Assembly: GCA_014382715.1 (NCBI GenBank)
Contig: JACNJD010000124.1
Location: 1 to 61,389, forward strand
Origin: Candidatus Desulfacyla euxinica
GTDB lineage: Bacteria; Desulfobacterota; DSM-4660; Desulfatiglandales; Desulfatiglandaceae
Reading direction: 5' to 3'
Length of the DNA: 61,389 nucleotides
A program made the position numbers and the translations under genes. The notes beneath the pieces are model-generated. The model searched no databases, had not been told where the DNA came from, and worked only from the letters and a program-made list of their open reading frames with translations. Below are positions 8,833-16,967 of this stretch, one piece after another (positions within the stretch are counted from its first letter, which is position 1; each line of letters starts with the position of its first letter).

Positions 8833-9906
8833 TTAGACGTCTTTATCGAAATATTCCTTTACCTCTGCAATGGGAATCTCAATCCTTTTTTCAAGAAACC
8901 GGGCCTTTGCCGCCATGATTCTCCTTGATGACCGATGAAGTCTCTCTAAAGGTACATCTCCCCGGAGCAGGCTGTCCCTCAGGATCTCCATACCTGCCCT
9001 CACCTCCTCCTGGTCCTCGCATATCAAAAGAAGGTCGCTCCCTGCCTCAAAGGCGGCAACAGCCCCCTTGGCCACCCCCCAACTCTTCTTTATTGCCCCC
9101 ATCTCCAGATCGTCCGTGATTATCAGCCCTTCAAAACCTAATTTTTTTCTCAGGAGTCCGGTGATGATCTTATTGGAAAGGGTGCCGGGATACTCGGGAT
9201 CCAGGGCAGGATATATGGCATGGGAGGTCATGACGGCGGAGACACCCTGCTCTATAGCAGCCCTGAATGGTGGGAGATTGATCTCTTCTATTTCTCCAAT
9301 ATTAGCGTCTATGGTTGGCAGGTGATGATGGGGATCAAGTGTAGCTCTGCCCAATCCGGGGAAATGTTTGGCCACGGCCATAACACCGTTTTCCTGTAGG
9401 CTTTTGACTACACTTTGTCCGAGCAAGGCAACTTTTTCAGGATCATCACTGAATATTCTCCCATCTAGATGTTTTTCAGGTTCTCCCCACCGGACATCTA
9501 CAACCGGCGCCATATTCATATTCAGCCCAACCAGGGTCATCTCCTTTGCCGTTGTAACCCCGAACTCCATGGCCCTGTCCACAGGCCTCGAATCGTTTCC
9601 AATGGCGCTGTTACCGGGAAACAGGGTGAATGGCTCTTTTAGCCGGGCCACCCGCCCCCCTTCCTGATCGACTGCCAGAAAAAGGGGTGTCCCGTGATGT
9701 TTCATGGCGGTTTCCTGCAAATCATGACAGAGGGAGGCCAGCTGGATCGGGTTTTCTATGTTTCTGGCGAACAGGATTACTCCGCCCAAACAATGGTTGC
9801 GGATAAGCGCTTCTGTATCCCCGTCCAGTTCAGGTCCGGGCATCCCGGCCATAAACAGACTGCCGATCCTGAGATCAAGTTCCGAAAGGTCAAGTGTGGA
9901 TTGCAT
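8833..9906 (-). CDS. nagZ: Beta-N-acetylhexosaminidase (GH3)
   Basis: Contains DQEGGRVARL and KHFPGLGRATLDPHHHLP. Length is 357 aa. Confidence 0.85.
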   Translation of the reverse strand: MQSTLDLSELDLRIGSLFMAGMPGPELDGDTEALIRNHCLGGVILFARNIENPIQLASLCHDLQETAMKHHGTPLFLAVDQEGGRVARLKEPFTLFPGNSAIGNDSRPVDRAMEFGVTTAKEMTLVGLNMNMAPVVDVRWGEPEKHLDGRIFSDDPEKVALLGQSVVKSLQENGVMAVAKHFPGLGRATLDPHHHLPTIDANIGEIEEINLPPFRAAIEQGVSAVMTSHAIYPALDPEYPGTLSNKIITGLLRKKLGFEGLIITDDLEMGAIKKSWGVAKGAVAAFEAGSDLLLICEDQEEVRAGMEILRDSLLRGDVPLERLHRSSRRIMAAKARFLEKRIEIPIAEVKEYFDKDV

Positions 9907-9938
9907 TTACCTCTCCCTCTGTTGCTTTAAAAGTTGTT

Positions 9939-9975
9939 AACCCTGAACCTCTGAACCCAGAACCTGTGAACCTCC
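9939..9975 (+). repeat. ctgaacc-word element, copy 1 (partner at 26597..26630)
   Basis: aaccctgaacctctgaacccagaacctgtgaacctcc compared with aaccttgaacctctgaacccggaacctgtgaacg. Both copies lie 30-50 nt upstream of the ATG of a minus-strand gene. Confidence 0.8.
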
Positions 9976-10048
9976 GCGAATATTGATTGACATCATGTTG
10001 CATGGTGTATAATCAGTTCGATATAAATGCAACGGAAAAAAAGCTATC

Positions 10049-10951
10049 ATGAAAGCAATGATCCTCGCAGCCGGCCTCGGGACGAGGCTGAGACCGCTGA
10101 CTCTTAGCAGGCCAAAAGCCCTCATGCCGGTAGGCAACCGGACTATGATTGACAGGGTAATAGAGTACCTCAAAAAATACAACATTGATGAGCTCATTGT
10201 GAACGCCCATCACAACCAAGAGCAGCTTGTGGCCCACTTAGATAACGGCCGACCTTTCGGGCTGAACATCCAAGTCAAGGTGGAACCAAAGATTTTAGGC
10301 ACGGGCGGAGGCATCAAGAACACCGAAGGATTCTGGGATGATAAACCATTTGTTGTTATCAACGGGGATATCCTGACCGATATCGATCTTACCCGGGCCT
10401 ATGAAACTCACCGAAAAAAAGGCAACCTGATCACTCTTATCCTTCATGACTGTGAGCCCTTTAACCAGATCCTGATAAATGAACGTCTTGACATTATGGA
10501 TATCGCGCCCAGAGCCTGCCCCGGCAGACTTGCCTTTACGGGAATTCATATCATTGAGCCGGAAATTTTGTCCCACATCCCTAAGGACCGGTTTTCTAAT
10601 ATCATAGACTGTTACCAGAAGTTAATCAGGGAGGGAAGTCCGATCAGGGCATATATTTCAAGGGGGCATTATTGGCGTGATGTGGGGACCATCAAAAGTT
10701 ATCTCCTCGCCAACAAAGAGGTGTTGCAGGAAGCTCACTTTTTGCTGGGCCCGGGTTGCCGGATCCACGAGTCTGTTAGACTCAAAGAGTGGGCCGTCAT
10801 CGGCAGGGATACAAGTCTCGAAGAGGGGGTGGAGATCCGCCGATCCGTTCTCTGGGAAGGGGTAAGAGTCAAAAAGGGCTTGAAGGTGATTGGCAGCGTT
10901 GTCACATCAGCTAAAGAGGTCCGGGAAGATCTTGTTGGAAAAACCCTATGA
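10049..10951 (+). CDS. murU: Sugar-1-phosphate nucleotidylyltransferase, MurU-like with a C-terminal left-handed beta-helix extension
   Basis: Starts MKAMILAAGLGTRLRPLTLSRPKALMPV. It overlaps the following kinase gene by ATGA. The C-terminus has hexapeptide-like repeats. Confidence 0.6.
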   Translation: MKAMILAAGLGTRLRPLTLSRPKALMPVGNRTMIDRVIEYLKKYNIDELIVNAHHNQEQLVAHLDNGRPFGLNIQVKVEPKILGTGGGIKNTEGFWDDKPFVVINGDILTDIDLTRAYETHRKKGNLITLILHDCEPFNQILINERLDIMDIAPRACPGRLAFTGIHIIEPEILSHIPKDRFSNIIDCYQKLIREGSPIRAYISRGHYWRDVGTIKSYLLANKEVLQEAHFLLGPGCRIHESVRLKEWAVIGRDTSLEEGVEIRRSVLWEGVRVKKGLKVIGSVVTSAKEVREDLVGKTL

Positions 10952-11994
10952 AACCTGATCTGAAAAAATCGATTGTGGAGTTTTTCAAACAGAGAGATCA
11001 GGTAACGGAAGACCTGAGCTTTCAGCAGCTTCCCGGTGATGGATCAAAACGCATATTCTGGCGGATCACCGCTCAGGAACCGGGGATCTCCCTCGTTGCC
11101 ATGGCAAACCCTCCTTCTGATGATGCTGCAAGACGCGAAAACTACGCCTATCTCATGATCGGAAGGCACCTCCGCAGCAAAGGGGCGCCCCTTCCGGAAA
11201 TCCATTGGCACGATCTCGAAAAGGGCTGGTTTATTATGGAGGATATGGGGCACATGAACCTTCAGGATCTTGTGTCCTCAGGGGAAGATCCTCTCCGGGC
11301 ATATGAAAAGGTCTTGCATCATCTCTTCCGGATGCAGACCGAAGGTGCAAATGATTTTGATCCGGCATGGTGCTGCCAGGCAGAGAGATATGATCGTGCC
11401 GTAATGCTGAAATACGAGGCACATTATTTCAGAGACGCTTTTCTGGGACGTTATCTCGGGCTCAAAGGGGATTTGCCAGAGCTTGAGGCTTCGTTTTCCC
11501 ATTTAGCGGAAAAAGCCTCAAAGGCTGATTGTGGCTTTTTTCTCCATCGTGATTTCCAGTCAAGAAATATTATGCTCTCTAAGGGCAATGTGGGGATAAT
11601 TGACTGGCAGGGAGGTCGTCTCGGGCCGCTCGGCTACGATCTGGCCTCTCTTATAATTGATCCCTATACCCGTCTCACCCGCGAGCAGAAGATTGAGGTA
11701 TACCAGAGATACCTGGCCCTGATCAGGGAACATAACCCTGAGAGGGTGGAGTCCTTTGAGAGGTATTATCCCTACCTGCCGATTCAAAGGAACCTCCAGA
11801 TCTTAGGCGCCTTTTCTCATCTGACAATGGTCATGAACAAGACCTATTTTGAGGCGTATATACCCGGGGCCCTGAGAACCCTTGATGGTTTGCTCCACCA
11901 CGTTCATGATGAAGAGATCTCCCGCCTCAGAGATCTAATAGCGGGGTTGGGATCCCACAAAAAAATCCTCGATATAGCGAAGTCAGACGGGTAA
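10948..11994 (+). CDS. amgK: Aminoglycoside-phosphotransferase-fold anomeric MurNAc/GlcNAc kinase-like protein
   Basis: Contains HRDFQSRNIML..IIDWQG, the APH-type catalytic loop. It is paired with the murU-like gene and lies opposite nagZ. Confidence 0.6.
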   Translation: MKPDLKKSIVEFFKQRDQVTEDLSFQQLPGDGSKRIFWRITAQEPGISLVAMANPPSDDAARRENYAYLMIGRHLRSKGAPLPEIHWHDLEKGWFIMEDMGHMNLQDLVSSGEDPLRAYEKVLHHLFRMQTEGANDFDPAWCCQAERYDRAVMLKYEAHYFRDAFLGRYLGLKGDLPELEASFSHLAEKASKADCGFFLHRDFQSRNIMLSKGNVGIIDWQGGRLGPLGYDLASLIIDPYTRLTREQKIEVYQRYLALIREHNPERVESFERYYPYLPIQRNLQILGAFSHLTMVMNKTYFEAYIPGALRTLDGLLHHVHDEEISRLRDLIAGLGSHKKILDIAKSDG

Positions 11995-12185
11995 GGTTTT
12001 CTAACCTACCCTTGACAAAGCCGCAAGGCGAAAAAGTCACAAAAATTGGAATGGAGTAATGTCAGGAAGTTATAAGCAAGACAAATTTGAATTTGTAAAA
12101 ACACTCTTGTCTCGCGCAAAGGCGCCAAGAAAAAGTAAATAATGTCAATATATTATCCCTGTATTCTGCGGGCTCTGTGAGAATC

Positions 12186-12504
12186 ATGCTTTATAGGCGA
12201 TCTGAAAAGGTCAAGGTCAAAAAAGTCGGCAACAACACGGCCCTGTATTCAAGTAAACAAAAGGGGATACATGTCCTGAATGAGACCTCACTATTTATCT
12301 GGGAGGTCCTTCAGGCGCCTGCCTCTTACGCTTACGCACCTTCCCAAAGGACTTCTCTCAAACAATAAACATTCCCTGACAAAGGAAAGGGCCGACGCAA
12401 AAAACAGAATCACACGGCAGTTTCCGAGGGTCGCACGGCCAAAGCAACTCCGGGAACAGCAACAAGTGGGCACGGTGAATTCTACAGGATCCGGGGGCGC
12501 CTAA
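12186..12504 (+). pseudogene. Possible frameshifted PqqD-family (RRE-like) gene remnant
   Basis: Frame 1 gives MLYRRSEKVKVKKVGNNTALYSSKQKGIHVLNETSLFIWEVLQ and then a stop. The +1 frame continues PLTLTHLPKGLLSNNKHSLTKERADAKNRITRQF. Joined, the two resemble a PqqD-like chaperone. This rests on weak similarity judged from memory. Confidence 0.25.
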
Positions 12505-12708
12505 TTGCTGTCTCCCTTCGACCTTTCCCTCCTTATCTTCTACCACAAATTGAAGGCGGTTTATGCCCTAATTGAAGCAATTTGACAAACCCCGCTTAAA
12601 TACAAGAAAATGTTTCCTGCATACGATTCCCGCGTTGCGTTATATGATGAGGATATCCGGGGACGATGGTTCGTGCTTATGCGTGCCGCATATGCATAAG
12701 GTTATGAT

Positions 12709-12885
12709 TTATACCAATCGTAAATGATTTAGTATTGTGCCCCCCGAGTTAGATATTGCAGGCTTCTTATAGGCAAAATAACCCGCAACACCAACCGCTG
12801 CCGCGATTGAAGTTCGCCTGATCGCCTTCCTGCAGAAATTTCGGCGATCCATGGAATCCGTTATTGGTTTCTGTGACTCTTTCAT
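12709..12885 (-). CDS. Small protein consisting essentially of a twin-arginine (Tat) signal peptide
   Basis: Sequence is MKESQKPITDSMDRRNFCRKAIRRTSIAAAVGVAGYFAYKK.. It has an RRxF..K motif plus an h-region. AGGA lies upstream of ATG 12885. No partner enzyme is adjacent. Confidence 0.35.
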   Translation of the reverse strand: MKESQKPITDSMDRRNFCRKAIRRTSIAAAVGVAGYFAYKKPAISNSGGTILNHLRLV

Positions 12886-13120
12886 TTTTTCCTTTTCTAT
12901 TGCTCCATCAAACAAAACGGTTGATAATTTACCCTGGACGTTTTCATTATTTGCCTGGAACCATTTAATCCGCCATAGGCGGGCAAGGGTTGTGTTTTCC
13001 GCACCTTGGGACGGGATAGTTCATTTTTCTGAAATCCCTCAAGTTTGTCCACTGATCTTAAATTAAAGTATCATATCAAGCACATTAGATCCACATTGGT
13101 TGCTTAATAGTGCAAATTTA

Positions 13121-13187
13121 ATCTATTATTTACACAAAAAAAGGTATTGACATATTTCCTGTTTAATGTTATGTATTTGATCTATTA
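13121..13187 (+). promoter_or_regulatory. Candidate hipBA promoter flanked by direct atctattat repeats
   Basis: TTGACA at 13146..13151, a 17-nt spacer, then TATGTA at 13169..13174. ATCTATTAT occurs at 13121..13129 and at 13179..13187. Confidence 0.35.
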
Positions 13188-13227
13188 TATTGGGAATAGG
13201 CTTTTAATAGGGTAATATTGAGGCATT

Positions 13228-13545
13228 ATGAAATTCGTATCCATGAATAACAACGCGGTCCTGAAAGAAATCGGTGTAAGGATACGCAGAGAACGCTTGA
13301 ATCAGAACACTACCCAAGAAACACTGGCCCGTCGAGCAGGTGTTTCGCGTCGTGTTGTCCTGGACCTGGAAGCGGGAAAGGGCTGCGGCCTTGGCGCTTT
13401 TATTGAAATTCTCCGTGCATTGCGAAAACTGGACCAGTTGGATGTATTCATGCCTGATCCAGGAATCAGTCCTCTTCAACTTGCAAAGCTCAAAGGGCAT
13501 GAGCGGCAAAGGGCAACCGGCCGGCAAGGAAAACCTAAGGGATAA
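13228..13545 (+). CDS. hipB: XRE-family HTH antitoxin
   Basis: Contains IRRERLNQNTTQETLARRAGVSRRVVLDLEAG (the HTH). It sits immediately upstream of hipA. Confidence 0.8.
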   Translation: MKFVSMNNNAVLKEIGVRIRRERLNQNTTQETLARRAGVSRRVVLDLEAGKGCGLGAFIEILRALRKLDQLDVFMPDPGISPLQLAKLKGHERQRATGRQGKPKG

Positions 13546-13550
13546 GATAT

Positions 13551-14840
13551 ATGCCGGTGTCTGTAGCAAAGGTTAAACTGTGGGATGACCCTGTGGGTGC
13601 GGTGGCCTGGGATGACGATCGAAATCTTGCCACATTTGAGTATGAACCAGCATTTCTTAGAAGAAATCTGGAAATCTCACCACTCACGATGCCGCTGAGC
13701 CCTGCCATCTATTCATTTCCAGAACTGAACAGAAGAACATTTTATGGTCTGCCCGGCCTATTGGCTGATTCCCTGCCCGATCGATACGGCACAAGGCTCA
13801 TCGAGATATGGCTTCAGAAGCAGGGCCGCTCGCTTCAAGACTTTAACCCGGTTGAAAGACTATGCTACATAGGGACTCGCGGAATGGGGGCCCTGGAATT
13901 TGAGCCTGCACTCGTTTCCCGACACAAGACAGTTCGTGTTGAAGTTGCCGAGTTGGTAAAGCTCGCAGGGAAGATCCTATCTCAAAGAGAGGACTTGCTT
14001 GTCAATCTATCCGAAAACGAATCAGCAGCACTGGATACGGTCATAAGGGTTGGAACCTCCGCGGGCGGGGCCAGAGCAAAGGCTGTCATTGCCTGGAATC
14101 CCAAGAATAATGATATCAGATCCGGGCAGGTGCGGGCGCCAGAGGGATTTGAATACTGGATCATCAAATTCGACGGGGTAAACGATAACACCTTGGGAGA
14201 TCCGGAGGGCTACGGCAAAATAGAGTATGCCTATCATCTCATGGCAAAGTCTGCCGGAATCGAGATGAGCAAATGCCGGTTGATGAAGGAACACGGACGA
14301 TCACATTTTATGACACTTAGATTTGATCGAAAAAATGATGCGGATAAGATTCATATGCAATCGCTTTGCGCATTGGGCCACTTTGATTTCAACATGCCAG
14401 GACAATATGCATATGAAATAGCCCTGTCCACCTGCCAGCAGCTTGGCCTGGGTCACCAAGCTGTACGTCAGCTCTATAAAAGAATGGTATTCAACGTGGT
14501 TGCCCGCAACCAGGATGATCACTCACGCAACATCGCCTTTCTCATGGATCGTGACGGCAACTGGCGTCTTGCCCCGGCCTTTGATGTGATCTGGAGCTAT
14601 AATGCACAGGGCGAATGGACGAATCGCCACCAAATGACGGTTAATGGTAAACGAAACAGTTTCGAGAAACAGGATTTTATCGATGTTGCAAAGCAGTTTA
14701 GGATTAGCAAGCCGTTGGAGATTCTTGCAGACGTTGGAGCGGCGATTCGCCGCTGGCCTGATTTTGCAGAAGAAGTGGGTGTAGAGGCTAAGAGGATAAC
14801 ACAAATCGCATCGACACACAGGCTGGAAATTGTTGTATGA
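13551..14840 (+). CDS. hipA: HipA-family serine/threonine kinase toxin
   Basis: 429 aa. The N-terminal coupling domain contains LPGLLADSLPDRYG. The C-terminal kinase contains VARNQDDHSRNIAF. Confidence 0.85.
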   Translation: MPVSVAKVKLWDDPVGAVAWDDDRNLATFEYEPAFLRRNLEISPLTMPLSPAIYSFPELNRRTFYGLPGLLADSLPDRYGTRLIEIWLQKQGRSLQDFNPVERLCYIGTRGMGALEFEPALVSRHKTVRVEVAELVKLAGKILSQREDLLVNLSENESAALDTVIRVGTSAGGARAKAVIAWNPKNNDIRSGQVRAPEGFEYWIIKFDGVNDNTLGDPEGYGKIEYAYHLMAKSAGIEMSKCRLMKEHGRSHFMTLRFDRKNDADKIHMQSLCALGHFDFNMPGQYAYEIALSTCQQLGLGHQAVRQLYKRMVFNVVARNQDDHSRNIAFLMDRDGNWRLAPAFDVIWSYNAQGEWTNRHQMTVNGKRNSFEKQDFIDVAKQFRISKPLEILADVGAAIRRWPDFAEEVGVEAKRITQIASTHRLEIVV

Positions 14841-14981
14841 TTATTAATTACACTCCAAATTCCACCTGGAGTGCATTCTAACATCTGATACTAAAAGTCA
14901 CGATGACCTATGATACCAGTCTTTAAGACCATGTGGCCATGTTATTTATGCAACTATAGGGTAAACTCCGGGAGATACGAT

Positions 14982-15353
14982 TCATGCATTGAGTTTCAAT
15001 CCAGACACAGGTTGAAAATGGGGATCAACGGTCAAAACCTCGTAGCCTTCTACAATGGCAAGGGATGCTATGAGCAGGTCCGAAAGCGGAATTGTGATCC
15101 CTCTTCTCCTGAGATCTCTTGATAATTCCCCCGCCTTTTCCCAGGCATCCCAAGTCACCTCCAGATATGGAAGTCTCTTCAAGCTTTCCTTTACACGGTT
15201 GGCTTCTTTTTTTGTCCTTATGCCCTGTAGTATTTCGGCCAGAACCATACCGACCATGACCACTTTTCGCTCTTTAATATGTCCTTTGAGATGCAGAGTG
15301 AGTTCGGACTCCGGGTTGCGGAAGAACTCAATCCGGACACTGGCAATAATCAT
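14982..15353 (-). CDS. PIN-domain (VapC-like) protein; the first acidic residue appears substituted
   Basis: Sequence is MIIASVRIEFFRN..AEILQG..SDLLIA..TVDPHF. ATG 15353 is preferred over TTG 15377. The usual N-terminal DT(S/N)V is AS-V here. Confidence 0.65.
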   Translation of the reverse strand: MIIASVRIEFFRNPESELTLHLKGHIKERKVVMVGMVLAEILQGIRTKKEANRVKESLKRLPYLEVTWDAWEKAGELSRDLRRRGITIPLSDLLIASLAIVEGYEVLTVDPHFQPVSGLKLNA

Positions 15354-15514
15354 GATATCTGCTGATATTTGTGGCAATTATTATGGAGGTAGGCCATGTA
15401 TGCCAAAATGCAATTGTATTTATCAAAGATTCTACGAGAAAAATCCTCGACATAGCGGGGGCAGGCAGGTAAGATTTTGCTCATATCAGGAATTGTAAAG
15501 CAACGAGGGAGTCT

Positions 15515-15817
15515 ATGGAAAGAAAAAGGCTGTTTGAGGCAGGCGATACAGTCGCCACTTTCACAGGCCAGGCGGGAATAGTGATTTCAGAAGAGGTGTT
15601 TGCAAAGATCAGCAAGAATCTGAAGGAGGGAAGAAGGCCGGGACATTATTTTGCGCCAGGGTGTTGTCATAATCCTGACTACGTTATTCAGATTCCAGTC
15701 CTGTTTGAGGATGGGACCTATGATGTGATGAGGGCCATGAATATCAAGAGGACTACCGGTCTTCCCGAGGAAAAAAAATCGTATCTTCTGAATCTGATTC
15801 ATGATCAAAAAGGGTAG
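15515..15817 (+). CDS. Hypothetical protein
   Basis: 100-aa ORF with GGGAG upstream of the ATG. No recognisable motif. Confidence 0.4.
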   Translation: MERKRLFEAGDTVATFTGQAGIVISEEVFAKISKNLKEGRRPGHYFAPGCCHNPDYVIQIPVLFEDGTYDVMRAMNIKRTTGLPEEKKSYLLNLIHDQKG

Positions 15818-15846
15818 CCCGGGGCCGCTAACAAGGAGGAAATTAA

Positions 15847-16266
15847 ATGGAAGATTGTATCTTTTGTAAAATCGTCAAAGGGGAGATCCCCAGCTTCAAG
15901 GTGTACGAGGATGAAAAGGTATTTGCCTTTGGGGATATAAACCCCATCTCCCCCGGTCACAGCCTCATCATCCCCAAGAGACACGCTCAAGACCTTTGGG
16001 AGATTTCAGGCGATGACCTGACTGCGGTGCACCTCGCCTCAAAAAAGATTATCAAGGCCATTCAAGACGCTTTGCAGCCCTCAGGTGTGGCCTGTGTTCA
16101 ATTAAACGGGCCGGGTGCGAATCAGGTGGTTTTACACTACCATCTCCACTTAGTTCCCAGGCTCGCTGGGGATCCTGAGCTTCCCGTAGCCACATGGGAG
16201 CTTAAAGAGGGGGATATGGATGAGGTTAGAGAGATTGCCGGTAAGATTGCGGCTGCAATAAAATAA
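15847..16266 (+). CDS. HIT-family (histidine triad) nucleotide hydrolase/transferase
   Basis: Contains CIFCKI and the HYHLHLVP triad. AGGAGG lies upstream. Confidence 0.85.
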   Translation: MEDCIFCKIVKGEIPSFKVYEDEKVFAFGDINPISPGHSLIIPKRHAQDLWEISGDDLTAVHLASKKIIKAIQDALQPSGVACVQLNGPGANQVVLHYHLHLVPRLAGDPELPVATWELKEGDMDEVREIAGKIAAAIK

Positions 16267-16282
16267 TTCAGAGATCTTTTTT

Positions 16283-16807
16283 CTATTCAATCAACTCCAC
16301 ATTCCAGTACAGGTAATCCTGCCACGATGTGGGGACATCGTTGAAACCGATTGTGATCCTGAGGGCGGGCAACCATTTCGGTTTGGAAGGTTTGCGGATA
16401 AGCCTCATATTGGCTTCTCTCGGTGTGCGGCCTCCCTTTTTCCTGTTACATTTCATGCAGCAGGTAATGATATTGGTCCACAGGGTCTTACCCCCCCGGG
16501 ACTTTGGAACTACATGGTCATAGCTTAGATCTTCCACAGGGAGTTTCTGACCGCAATACTGGCATTTGTATTTGTCCCTTGCATAGATGTTCTGCCTCGA
16601 GAATCTGACCTGGTTTTTTGGCCTCTTCACCAGCATGAGCAGCCGGACTACCGAGGGAAGCTTAATGGTAAAGCTGACCGAATGGATATCCCGCCCATAT
16701 TCTTCAAGCACCTCTACCTTGCCTAACATGAGGAGGGTTATCGCTTTTTTCCAGTTGATTACCTTCAGCGGTTCGTAGGTGATATTTAAGAGCAATACCT
16801 GTTCCAT
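16283..16807 (-). CDS. HNH endonuclease family protein
   Basis: Contains CQYCG..DHVVPKSRGG..N..CCMKCNRKKG. Confidence 0.8.
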   Translation of the reverse strand: MEQVLLLNITYEPLKVINWKKAITLLMLGKVEVLEEYGRDIHSVSFTIKLPSVVRLLMLVKRPKNQVRFSRQNIYARDKYKCQYCGQKLPVEDLSYDHVVPKSRGGKTLWTNIITCCMKCNRKKGGRTPREANMRLIRKPSKPKWLPALRITIGFNDVPTSWQDYLYWNVELIE

Positions 16808-16967
16808 ATCTGAATACCTGATCCGGATAGCCCTTTATTTAACATCGAACTCCGGGTGGAGGCTGTGGCCTCAAAAATCTGGCAAGGTCTCACTTTACTA
16901 AAGTAGTCTATTATAACCCAAATAAATAAAAAACGCAAGGATAAAATTGAACAAGGAAGATCCGGGC

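Noticed and set aside
15350-15484. 44-aa ORF as a bona fide VapB antitoxin
   Set aside because: Its position fits, but the sequence has no similarity to the AbrB, RHH, MerR or Phd-type antitoxins that I know. It is recorded only as an observation.
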